From assembly GCA_038065555.1 (NCBI GenBank), contig JBBTQS010000004.1, positions 65-64,064 of the forward strand: DNA of 64,000 bases. Direction: 5' to 3'. The stretch comes from Patescibacteria group bacterium. GTDB taxonomy: Bacteria; Patescibacteriota; Patescibacteriia; Magasanikbacterales; JBBTQS01. Under the pieces are notes generated by a model. It was not told where the DNA came from. It did not search any database and saw only the letters and a program-made list of their open reading frames with translations. Positions 36,452 through 45,685 of the stretch are shown here, piece after piece. Position 1 is the stretch's first letter, and each line of letters opens with the position of its first letter. The translations under genes and the position numbers were made by a program.

Positions 36452-37830
36452 AGATATGGTGTGAGTGCCTGGCGTACTTCTGCGACGGTAGCTGCAACAG
36501 CCTCCTCAGTCTTTCCTTCCACGTTCAATCGCAACAATGGTTCTGTATTACTTCCACGCACATTGAACCACGTCTCTCCAATATCAAATGACACACCATC
36601 GAGTCGTCCCACTTCCGATCGCGGTGCAAAATGCGCAACCATTCCTTCGAGCGCCTCAGCTACGGACGTCACACGGAAATTCACTTCGCCCGAGTGCGTA
36701 TACACGAGATACGGCGCGAAGAGCTCTGACGCTTTCTTGCCTGTGCGCGCCATCTCCGCGAGCACCATGAGCACAATCACCGCTGGCGACTCATACACAC
36801 CGACCGGAAATCGAACGAAGAAATGCCCAGACGACTCGCCTGCAAAAATCGCATCATGCTCCAACATCGTCTGCTTGATGAATGAATGCCCAACTCGGAC
36901 AATCAGCGGCACTCCGCCCATGCGACGCACAACATCCTCAGTAATACGCCCCGGACGAACATCATAAACAATCGTTGCACCCTTGTGTGTGCGCAACAGA
37001 ATCTCTGCGATAAGTGATCGCAATGCAACTGGCGAAACCGTTTTGCCCGTTTCGTCGACCAAGAACACGCGATCAGCATCGCCATCAGTTGCGACGCCCA
37101 GCGCCGCGCCAACTTCTTTCACACGCGCATGGAGTTGCTGGAGATTTTCGTCCTGAAATGGATCTGGCTCGTGCGATGGGAATGATCCATCGAGCGTCCA
37201 GTTGATGCGATCGAGTTCACACTTGTCGAGCGTTGCGAAGAGCGCATCGAGATCAGGCGCGCCAACACAATTTGCAGTATCTGCTACCACCTTCACCGCA
37301 GCATATCGCTCATCCCCAACAAAATCATGTGCAGCAAGAACTGATTCGAGCGCAGCATCTCCCGCGTACATCGTTGCAACACCCACGGTCCCTGACGCAT
37401 CAGGCAACTGACCACTCGCCACAAGATCTCGCAGCGTGTTGATACCAGTATCCGCGCTCACCGGACCTGCATGATCACGAACGAATTTGAGTCCAGAATA
37501 TTCACGAGGATTGTGTGAGGCAGATACCTGAATACCACCATCGAACCCACGTCGCGCAACCACACTATAGAAGGTAGGCGTCGAGACAACACCGAGCTCT
37601 ACCACATGCGCGCCTTGCTCCGTAAGTCCACGCACCACTGCCGCAGCAATCATCGGCGAGGACAATCGCATGTCTTGCCCAACAACAAGCGTGACATCAG
37701 CGCGACCCACTTCACGCTGCCGCATATCTGCGAACCACCGCGCCGTCGCATACGCAAGATCTTCGTTCAATTCCGTTGGATAAATCCCACGTACGTCGTA
37801 CGCCTTATAAATATGAGAAGGAAAAGCCAT
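36442..37830 (-). CDS. Phosphomannomutase/phosphoglucomutase
   Basis: KAYDVRG, SASHNP, DGDADR, GESSGH, RGSNTEPLLR. Confidence 0.95.
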   Translation of the reverse strand: MAFPSHIYKAYDVRGIYPTELNEDLAYATARWFADMRQREVGRADVTLVVGQDMRLSSPMIAAAVVRGLTEQGAHVVELGVVSTPTFYSVVARRGFDGGIQVSASHNPREYSGLKFVRDHAGPVSADTGINTLRDLVASGQLPDASGTVGVATMYAGDAALESVLAAHDFVGDERYAAVKVVADTANCVGAPDLDALFATLDKCELDRINWTLDGSFPSHEPDPFQDENLQQLHARVKEVGAALGVATDGDADRVFLVDETGKTVSPVALRSLIAEILLRTHKGATIVYDVRPGRITEDVVRRMGGVPLIVRVGHSFIKQTMLEHDAIFAGESSGHFFVRFPVGVYESPAVIVLMVLAEMARTGKKASELFAPYLVYTHSGEVNFRVTSVAEALEGMVAHFAPRSEVGRLDGVSFDIGETWFNVRGSNTEPLLRLNVEGKTEEAVAATVAEVRQALTPYLCA

Positions 37831-37909
37831 ACATTGACAAAACAGACTGTTAAACCGATACTACCTCTGAGCATACACGCTCGTATTCACTCACACAACT
37901 TCCACCCAT

Positions 37910-38482
37910 ATGGGTACCATCGCCTGGATAATTATCGCTATTGCAGTTGTCATCGTGCTCTGGGTTATTTCTGCATACAACGGACTCGTCACGATCAAGA
38001 ACCGCGTCGAAGAAGCGTGGTCTGACATTGATGTACAGCTCAAGCGTCGCTACGACCTCATTCCTAACTTGATTGAGACCGTGAAGGGCTACGCATCGCA
38101 CGAATCTGGCACGCTCGAAAAAGTAGTCGCAGCGCGTAACTCCGCAATGCAGGCACACAGCGCAAAGGGCGCAACCATGGCAGAGCAGGTACAAGCTGAG
38201 AACATGCTTTCGTCTACATTGAAGAGCATTTTCGCACTCGCCGAAGCATACCCAGACCTCAAGGCGAACACCAACTTCGCGAAGTTGCAAGACGAGCTCG
38301 CAGACACCGAGAACAAGATCCAAGCATCTCGCCGCTTCTACAATGGCAATGTTCGTGATCTCAACACCCGTATCGAAACCTTCCCAAGCAACCTCATTGC
38401 TGGCATGTTCAACTTCGCAAAGCGTGAATTCTTCGAAGTTGCAGATGCAGCACAGCGCGAGAACGTCGCCGTGAAATTCTAA
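37910..38482 (+). CDS. lemA: LemA family protein
   Basis: AWSDIDVQLKRRYDLIPNL, EAYPDLKA, RRFYN. Confidence 0.97.
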   Translation: MGTIAWIIIAIAVVIVLWVISAYNGLVTIKNRVEEAWSDIDVQLKRRYDLIPNLIETVKGYASHESGTLEKVVAARNSAMQAHSAKGATMAEQVQAENMLSSTLKSIFALAEAYPDLKANTNFAKLQDELADTENKIQASRRFYNGNVRDLNTRIETFPSNLIAGMFNFAKREFFEVADAAQRENVAVKF

Positions 38483-38517
38483 GAGCGCATCTGGCGCTCG
38501 CGTAAACCCGCACGCCC

Positions 38518-39411
38518 ATGTACTCACAAATCGAAAGCAACAAACGTCGCACCTGGATCCTCATTGCACTGGTAATAGGATTGATCGTCGCGCTTGGATA
38601 CGGCACTGCTATTGTCAGTGGATACCAGCCGCAATTCACCATGACGATTGCCTTTGGAATCTCGCTCGTCCTTACTGCGATTAGTTATTTCGCAGGAGAC
38701 ACCGTCGCACTCTCCAGTGCTGGCGCAACGCAGATCGAAGCCAAAGACAATCCATACTACTACAAGATGGTAGAGAATCTCACCATCACTGCAGGCATGA
38801 AAACCATGCCGAAGTTGTATGTCATCGATGATCCAGCAATTAACGCATTCGCAACTGGACGTGATCCTGAGCACGCGTCAATTGCTGTGACCACAGGAGC
38901 ACTCACCAATCTCGAGAACGAAGAACTCGAAGGTGTCCTCGCACACGAACTTGCGCACATCCAGAACTACGACATTCGCATCATGACGATTGTTATTGTG
39001 CTCGTAGGTTCTATTGCGCTCATTGCTGACATGTTCCGCTATTCGCACTTCGCGCGTGGTGGTGGGGACAGCGATAGCAAAGGCAATCAGATCGCAATGA
39101 TCATTGCAGTTGTACTCATTATTCTCTCCCCGATCTTTGCGCAGCTCATTCAGTTGGCGATCTCACGCCGTCGCGAATATCTCGCCGATGCAACAGGATC
39201 AATGCTCACCCGCTACCCCGAAGGGCTCGCCAGCGCACTCGAAAAAATCCGAGACTTCAACCAGCCAATGCAGCACCGCAACCATGCGACAGCGCATCTC
39301 TACCTCGAGTCACCATTTCGCACACCAGAATCTCATTCTGTAGCCTCTTGGTTTGCTACACACCCACCTATCGACGACCGCATCAACATCTTGCGCACCA
39401 TGGGAAAATAG
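38518..39411 (+). CDS. htpX: HtpX (M48) membrane zinc protease
   Basis: NAFATG, AHELAH, SRRREYLAD, THPP. Confidence 0.96.
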   Translation: MYSQIESNKRRTWILIALVIGLIVALGYGTAIVSGYQPQFTMTIAFGISLVLTAISYFAGDTVALSSAGATQIEAKDNPYYYKMVENLTITAGMKTMPKLYVIDDPAINAFATGRDPEHASIAVTTGALTNLENEELEGVLAHELAHIQNYDIRIMTIVIVLVGSIALIADMFRYSHFARGGGDSDSKGNQIAMIIAVVLIILSPIFAQLIQLAISRRREYLADATGSMLTRYPEGLASALEKIRDFNQPMQHRNHATAHLYLESPFRTPESHSVASWFATHPPIDDRINILRTMGK

Positions 39412-39438
39412 GATACACTGCTTTTTCACCCATTGTGT

Positions 39439-41937
39439 ATGCATTTGGTTGACCGCATGACAACACATCTGCGCACATCCTTGCGTCAGGCAATGGCTAT
39501 AGCCACGCGTCAGGGATATGCACTCGTATACCCAGAACATCTACTCCTTGGGTTATTGAACACGCGCGGATCTATCGGATGCGAGCTCTTGCGCAAGTAC
39601 GGCGCAGACAAGAAATCTGTCCTCGCTGGAGCCCTGCGCCACCGCAAACACAAACTCATCAAACAAGTCCCTGCATTCTCCAAAGACGCGCGCCATTGCA
39701 TTGAGCGCGGATTTTTCATTGGATCCCAGCACCAGCATGTGCTCATCGGCACAGAGCATTTGCTTCTTGCGATGGTCGAGAACAACAACCCTGCCGTACT
39801 TGATGCAGTGAAGAAGTTGCGCGTAGATACCAAGGAAGTCTCATCCTATATCCACATGATCTTGCGCAGCACCAGCAAGTTCCAGGAGATCACCTCAGCA
39901 CTCACAAGCAACACCAATGTCGTTGCCGCAGCAGAGCACACGCACATCGGTGACTCAGGACTCATTGTTCCCACCGACGCCTCTGCAGTACCCAAGAAAA
40001 AACGCTCGCTCCAGACCCTCGAACAATTTGCACGCGAACTCACCAGCGCAAAGGCGCTCGAATCACTCGACCCAGTGATCGCGCGCGACGCAGAGGTAGA
40101 ACGCATGATTCAGATTTTGTGCCGCAAGACGAAGAACAACCCACTCCTCATCGGCGATCCAGGTGTAGGTAAGACTGCGATTGTAGAAGGACTCGCGCAG
40201 CGCATTGCCGCAGGACAGGTTCCGCCGATTCTTGAGCGCAAGCGAATTTTCTCATTGGACCTCTCACTCATGATTGCAGGCACTGTGTACCGCGGAGAAT
40301 TCGAGTCCCGCATCAAGCAACTCATGGAAGAAGTGAAGGCACATCCAGAGGTCATTCTCTTCATCGACGAAATCCACACCATCGTCGGAGCAGGCGCAAC
40401 ATCAGGATCACTCGATGCAGCCAACATGATCAAACCAGCGCTTGCGCGTGGTGAACTCCGCTGCATCGGCGCAACCACATACCAAGAATACAAGAAATAT
40501 ATCGAAGCTGATCCGGCATTTGATCGACGATTCGGCAAAATTACGATTGACGAGCCTAATGCTGCAGCAACACTTGAGATTCTCCAAGGCCTCAAGGGCG
40601 CGTACGAACAGTTCCACAACGTACTGATCACCGACGAAGCGCTTGCCATGGCCGTAGAGGGTGCAGCACGTCACATCCCTGATGCATTCTTCCCAGACAA
40701 GGCCATCGATCTCATTGATGAAGCATCTGCAGCAGCTGCAACCAAGCACCCCAAGAATCCAGCGATTGCAAAGCTCGCAGAAATCGATCAAGCAATCGAG
40801 GTCATCGACGCCAAGAAGCGCGACGCCGTGATGCAAGAAGATTACGAGCAAGCATTGCTCCTCAAATCCCACGAACAGGAGCTCCTCGCGCACCGTGAAG
40901 CGCTCACAACACGATCACGCCAGCGTGGAACAGCGCGCACCATTGATAGTAGCGATATTTTGCGCGTACTCACCGTTCGCACAGGTTCTCCTGTGGCAAT
41001 GGACGCAGTGCATCTGCCTACACGTGTTGGCAACATTCGCAGTGCACTCACGCAATCCATCATTGGCCAAGATGCTGCACGCACACGCATCGTGCAGGCA
41101 CTCGAAAAAGGCATTCTCGGGCTCCAGACACGCAAGCGCCCGCTTGCGGTATTGTTGTTTGTCGGACCATCCGGAACGGGCAAGACACACACCGCAAAGG
41201 CAATTGCTCGCGCAGTCTATGGCGAAGAGAAACACCTCATTACCATCGACATGTCCGAGTACCGCGAGTCCTACTCTATTTCCAAATTACTCGGCTCACC
41301 TGCTGGCTACGTTGGCTACCGTGAGCAAACCTCGCTCACCGATCGCATCCGCCGCGCACCACACAGCGTCCTCCTCTTCGATGAAATCGACAAAGCGCAT
41401 CCAGACGTACACAACCTCTTCCTCCAAATGGTGGACGAAGGTGCTATTACTGACGCAACAGGCCGACGCGTAGATCTCTCACGATCCATCATCGTCATGA
41501 CAGCCGCTGCAGGACCAGAAATGGCAGCAGCACCTCTGGGATTTGGCACCGCAAAATCCGGCGTTGCAGCAACAACTGCTCCTGACACGCACTACCAGAA
41601 TCGTCTCAAAGACTTGTTCCGCAGTGAATTCTTGTATCGTCTTGACGCGATCGTACCTTTTGTCGCACTTACTCGCGACGACTTGCGCGCGATTGCCAGC
41701 CGTGAGATCACCAAGTACATGGAACGCGTTGCGCACTTGGGATTTGCACTCACACTCGACGAAGATGTGCTTGATTGGATTGCAGACCGCGCCGCGAACT
41801 CGCCACAGATGGGCCGAACAGTGTATACTATCATCGAATCGGAAATTATTCCGATGCTTACATCGCGCATGCTGGAGGGCTCGGCGTCCAATGACCTGCG
41901 CGTCACGCGCACCGAGAACGCGTTGTCCCTCGCATAG
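39439..41937 (+). CDS. clpC: ClpC-type AAA+ chaperone
   Basis: Clp-N domain, GDPGVGKT, FIDEIH, UVR-like middle domain, GPSGTGKT, LGF loop. Confidence 0.9.
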   Translation: MHLVDRMTTHLRTSLRQAMAIATRQGYALVYPEHLLLGLLNTRGSIGCELLRKYGADKKSVLAGALRHRKHKLIKQVPAFSKDARHCIERGFFIGSQHQHVLIGTEHLLLAMVENNNPAVLDAVKKLRVDTKEVSSYIHMILRSTSKFQEITSALTSNTNVVAAAEHTHIGDSGLIVPTDASAVPKKKRSLQTLEQFARELTSAKALESLDPVIARDAEVERMIQILCRKTKNNPLLIGDPGVGKTAIVEGLAQRIAAGQVPPILERKRIFSLDLSLMIAGTVYRGEFESRIKQLMEEVKAHPEVILFIDEIHTIVGAGATSGSLDAANMIKPALARGELRCIGATTYQEYKKYIEADPAFDRRFGKITIDEPNAAATLEILQGLKGAYEQFHNVLITDEALAMAVEGAARHIPDAFFPDKAIDLIDEASAAAATKHPKNPAIAKLAEIDQAIEVIDAKKRDAVMQEDYEQALLLKSHEQELLAHREALTTRSRQRGTARTIDSSDILRVLTVRTGSPVAMDAVHLPTRVGNIRSALTQSIIGQDAARTRIVQALEKGILGLQTRKRPLAVLLFVGPSGTGKTHTAKAIARAVYGEEKHLITIDMSEYRESYSISKLLGSPAGYVGYREQTSLTDRIRRAPHSVLLFDEIDKAHPDVHNLFLQMVDEGAITDATGRRVDLSRSIIVMTAAAGPEMAAAPLGFGTAKSGVAATTAPDTHYQNRLKDLFRSEFLYRLDAIVPFVALTRDDLRAIASREITKYMERVAHLGFALTLDEDVLDWIADRAANSPQMGRTVYTIIESEIIPMLTSRMLEGSASNDLRVTRTENALSLA

Positions 41938-41966
41938 CCCCTGCGCGAACGCTTTTTACGTTCGGT

Positions 41967-43208
41967 ATGGACAAACGAAAACTGTTGGCCCTCATCGGCC
42001 TCATTGTGGTTACGATCGGACTTGCGATCGGAATCTACTTTGTTTTTTTCCGCAGCGCACCTGCACCAACACCCACTGACGTCACAACACCGGGTGGCGG
42101 TGGACAACTGCTCGGCGCAGATGGTGAGCGTATTCCAGGTACTGGTGTAACAACTACACCTGATGGCGGCCCACAAGGCATTGGCACAGAACCAGGTGGA
42201 GCATCCCCAATCGCCGATGGTGGAATCACTCGCGTACGCCAGCTCGTTCCATCAGGCACAGCCAATATCACTGTCGAAGGCAACTCCGGAACCGTCCAGT
42301 ACTACGACACCGACACCGGACTTTTTCACAAAATTCTTGCAGACGGAACCAACGTTGTGCTCAATGACGAAGCTCCTTTTCCAAATGCCAAAGACGTGAA
42401 CTGGAGCAACGCCACAGACAAAGCGATCATCGAATTCCCCGATGGCGCAAATGTGCTCTACAACTTCGAGACCAAGCAACAAGTCACACTCCCATCGCAC
42501 TGGGCAGAATTTGAGTTCTCCCCGAATGATTCTCAGATCGCAGCAAAGAAATTGAGCATTGATCCAAGTAGCCGCTACCTCGTAATCGCGTCCCCAGATG
42601 GCACCTCAGCAAAAAACGTAGTTGCACTGGGACAGAACGCCAACAAAGTACAAGTTTCGTGGTCACCAAACGACCAAATGGTCGCCTTTTCGCAAACAGG
42701 CAGAGCGATTGGATTGGGTCGTGAGCAAGTGCTTGTCGTCGGCAAAAACAACGAGAACTTCAAAGCACTCACCGTAGAAGGACTCGGATTCAAGCCGAAG
42801 TGGTCGCCACAAGGTGACATTCTCCTCTACAGCAGCTTCCGCCAAGCAAACAATCTTGCGCCTGAGTTGTGGGTTGTACGCGGCACTGCAGATCGCCTGG
42901 GCGAAGATCGCCAACCACTCGGTCTCTCCACCTGGGTCGAGAAATGTACCTTTGCCAACAACACAACACTCTACTGCGCCGTTCCAGATCCTGATCGCCT
43001 CCCCTATGGCATTGGATTCCAGCTCGCACTTGCAACCAACACCGATGATTCGATTTACAAAGTTGATCTCGAGACAGGACGCACCACACTTGTGGGCAAA
43101 CCTGAAGGATCATTCACGATTGATTCGCTCCGTGTAGCACCTGATGAATCAGCAGTGTACTTCACTGATCGCATCACTGGTTCGTTGCAGCAAATGCAAC
43201 TGCAATAA
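41967..43208 (+). CDS. Membrane-anchored beta-propeller (TolB-like) protein
   Basis: N-terminal TM, P/T/G linker, repeated WS/FSP blades. Confidence 0.75.
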   Translation: MDKRKLLALIGLIVVTIGLAIGIYFVFFRSAPAPTPTDVTTPGGGGQLLGADGERIPGTGVTTTPDGGPQGIGTEPGGASPIADGGITRVRQLVPSGTANITVEGNSGTVQYYDTDTGLFHKILADGTNVVLNDEAPFPNAKDVNWSNATDKAIIEFPDGANVLYNFETKQQVTLPSHWAEFEFSPNDSQIAAKKLSIDPSSRYLVIASPDGTSAKNVVALGQNANKVQVSWSPNDQMVAFSQTGRAIGLGREQVLVVGKNNENFKALTVEGLGFKPKWSPQGDILLYSSFRQANNLAPELWVVRGTADRLGEDRQPLGLSTWVEKCTFANNTTLYCAVPDPDRLPYGIGFQLALATNTDDSIYKVDLETGRTTLVGKPEGSFTIDSLRVAPDESAVYFTDRITGSLQQMQLQ

Positions 43209-43214
43209 CGACGT

Positions 43215-43865
43215 ATGTCAGACCACGGCAAAGCACTTGTCATCACTGCGCTACTCCTTGCCGCACTCACGGTGGTTGGTTGGGGTGCGTACTCGTTGTC
43301 ACGTCCCAAGCCGGCTGATCTTCGTCCTCGCGCCAACTACCTGACGACCGCACCACCTGTGCTCCCCACTGATCCAACCATGGGACCAGCAACTGCAAAG
43401 GTAACAATCATTGCATTCATGGATCTTGGATGCGGGCCGTGCGCCCGTGCGATGACCATTCTCCAAGACGTACATCAGCGCATGCCAGAAGTTCGTATCG
43501 TGTGGAAGGACGTACCTGAGCATGGTGAGAGTATCCCAGGATTTATGACTGCACACATTGGCGCACGTTGCGCAGATCGCTCTGGCAAATTCTGGGACTA
43601 CGCCGCAGAGTTCTTCTCCCGCCAGGATGAAGTTCATACGTTCAACCACGCCGCACTTGCAACACAACTCGGACTCCCACTCGACGCATTCAACAAATGT
43701 CTCACGTCCGAAGGTGCATCTGCCGCTATCCAAACCAATATCTTGCAAGCACGCGAGCGCGGCATATTCTCCACACCATACTTCTTCATCAATAATCGTC
43801 GTGTTGATGGTGTAGTACCAACAGCAACCATGCTCAAATACATTATTGACGAACGTCGCAAGTAA
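43215..43865 (+). CDS. DsbA-family thioredoxin-fold protein
   Basis: GPATAKVTIIAFMDLGCGPC, GKFWDY, STPYFFIN; N-terminal TM. Confidence 0.9.
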   Translation: MSDHGKALVITALLLAALTVVGWGAYSLSRPKPADLRPRANYLTTAPPVLPTDPTMGPATAKVTIIAFMDLGCGPCARAMTILQDVHQRMPEVRIVWKDVPEHGESIPGFMTAHIGARCADRSGKFWDYAAEFFSRQDEVHTFNHAALATQLGLPLDAFNKCLTSEGASAAIQTNILQARERGIFSTPYFFINNRRVDGVVPTATMLKYIIDERRK

Positions 43866-43867
43866 GT

Positions 43868-45685
43868 ATGTTCAACCGTCTTGGAATCATTCTTGCCACT
43901 CTCGCACTTCTCCTGAGCGCCTCACCTGCGCCTGTATTTGCTATTACCGACGATGCGCTTACCGGCTCCACTGATGCAGCAAGTCCTACTGGATGCACGT
44001 GCACAGGTGCGCTGACCATCAGTTCAGGTGGCAAAGTCGCTGCAGGTCTTGCAGGATACGACCTCCCCAAAGTTTGTTCACAAGCTGCAGGAACCTACAA
44101 AGACGACACCTGCTCCAATCTCAAAGCCATCATCACAGCAGCAGACGCCGACGCCTGCACCAAGACAACAGTAGATGAGCTCATGGCAACCTATGGCATT
44201 CCACAGTTTGCCAAATCATACGTAACGGTTGTCGGGAGCTGTAGCTGGGGACCAGTGAGTGCGACTGTCGAAGCTCAAGCACCTGCTGTTACTGCTGTTG
44301 GCCAGCAAATGAGCGGCCAAAAAGAAGTAGAAGCCGAAAAAGAAAAACTCCCACCCAAAGCAATCAAACCAACACTTTCCATCGACATTCCAACAGTCTC
44401 CTTCACTGACCCCGAAGACTTGTCCTTGGTCGAAGATGCCAACGGTTCCAAATTTGTCATTCCGTATATTGGTCAGTATATCAACGGTGTATTTGAATAC
44501 GCTGTCGGACTCCTGGCATTTATTGCCGTCATGACCATTGTTGTTGCTGGACTCATGTGGGCAACTGCAGGAGGTAATGCGTCTCGCATCAGTAGTGCAA
44601 AAGAAGCGATCGGCCGCGCATTCATTGGTCTAGGAATTCTGCTCGGATCGTACACTATTTTGTACATTATTGACCCCAACTTGACGCAGTTGGGCCCCAT
44701 CAGTCTCAACGTGGTAGAGACCGAAGAATTCGAACTCAAGCAATTCGACAAATACGTCGCCGAGCCTAGTAACCCCGCGGACAAGGAACCAGGTGACGAA
44801 TCTACCCAAGGCGGCGCCGTTGCTTCCCCTGCAACAAAGCTGCTTACTGGTGCTGCAACTGGCGAGACCCAACGAGGTCGCTGTCAGATTGTGAACCTCC
44901 AGAACTTCCCGAAGTTCGACATCAACGCATTTGGTGATGGCAGCAATGGCAAATGTTTGTTACAAGAATTTGCGCCAACAATCGGGCAGTCCACTGCATT
45001 TGAAGGTCAGTATCTCACCAACACCACATTCCTAGGACGCACCGTCAAAGTACACAAAAAAGCAGCAGCTTCACTTCAAAAAGTCGAAGCGGAGATCAAA
45101 TCAATTCCATCACCTATTGTGAAAAAGTGGGTCGCAAGTTTCACCACACAAGGTGCGTACGTACAATACGCAGACAAAATGGAGAAGCTCTACGCACAGT
45201 GCGACAAGCCAGGTGCAAAAACGTGGGTAGTAACAAGCTCAAGTGGCGCTACAAAAGCACGCCTCTTCACCCGCATCCTCAAAAACTTGCACGGCAACCA
45301 CAGCGACGTCTTGCGTGGTGACTTGCACAGCCTCGGACTAGCCATCGACATGTACGCACCGCAAAACCCTGACTATCGACCAATCATCACCAACATTCCA
45401 CAACAAGTTGTGGATGCATTTCGCAGAAATGGCTGGTCATGGCTCGGTGCAACAGACCGACGTGACGCAATGCACTTCCAATATTTTGGTTCAACTTGTT
45501 TCTCAGGTCTTGGTACTGCATACCCAACCGGCACAGGCTGCTGCATCAATCAATGGCCAACCAAATCCAAGGCAACCGGCAAGTTCTCGGGCTGTATGGC
45601 AGCAGGTGGTGTAGCAACTTCCTACACTGAGTGTATGGGCGCGAATGGAAAGGCTGGTAATGGCTGGGTAGCTCAAAACCCATGA
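43868..45685 (+). CDS. TrbC/VirB2-pilin-like membrane module fused to M15-type peptidase
   Basis: Signal peptide; YI..VF.Y..G..A....AG..W.TAGGN......AKE.I..A.IGL...SY.IL..IDP; C-terminal HSLGLAID...W...DAMHFQY. Confidence 0.8.
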   Translation: MFNRLGIILATLALLLSASPAPVFAITDDALTGSTDAASPTGCTCTGALTISSGGKVAAGLAGYDLPKVCSQAAGTYKDDTCSNLKAIITAADADACTKTTVDELMATYGIPQFAKSYVTVVGSCSWGPVSATVEAQAPAVTAVGQQMSGQKEVEAEKEKLPPKAIKPTLSIDIPTVSFTDPEDLSLVEDANGSKFVIPYIGQYINGVFEYAVGLLAFIAVMTIVVAGLMWATAGGNASRISSAKEAIGRAFIGLGILLGSYTILYIIDPNLTQLGPISLNVVETEEFELKQFDKYVAEPSNPADKEPGDESTQGGAVASPATKLLTGAATGETQRGRCQIVNLQNFPKFDINAFGDGSNGKCLLQEFAPTIGQSTAFEGQYLTNTTFLGRTVKVHKKAAASLQKVEAEIKSIPSPIVKKWVASFTTQGAYVQYADKMEKLYAQCDKPGAKTWVVTSSSGATKARLFTRILKNLHGNHSDVLRGDLHSLGLAIDMYAPQNPDYRPIITNIPQQVVDAFRRNGWSWLGATDRRDAMHFQYFGSTCFSGLGTAYPTGTGCCINQWPTKSKATGKFSGCMAAGGVATSYTECMGANGKAGNGWVAQNP

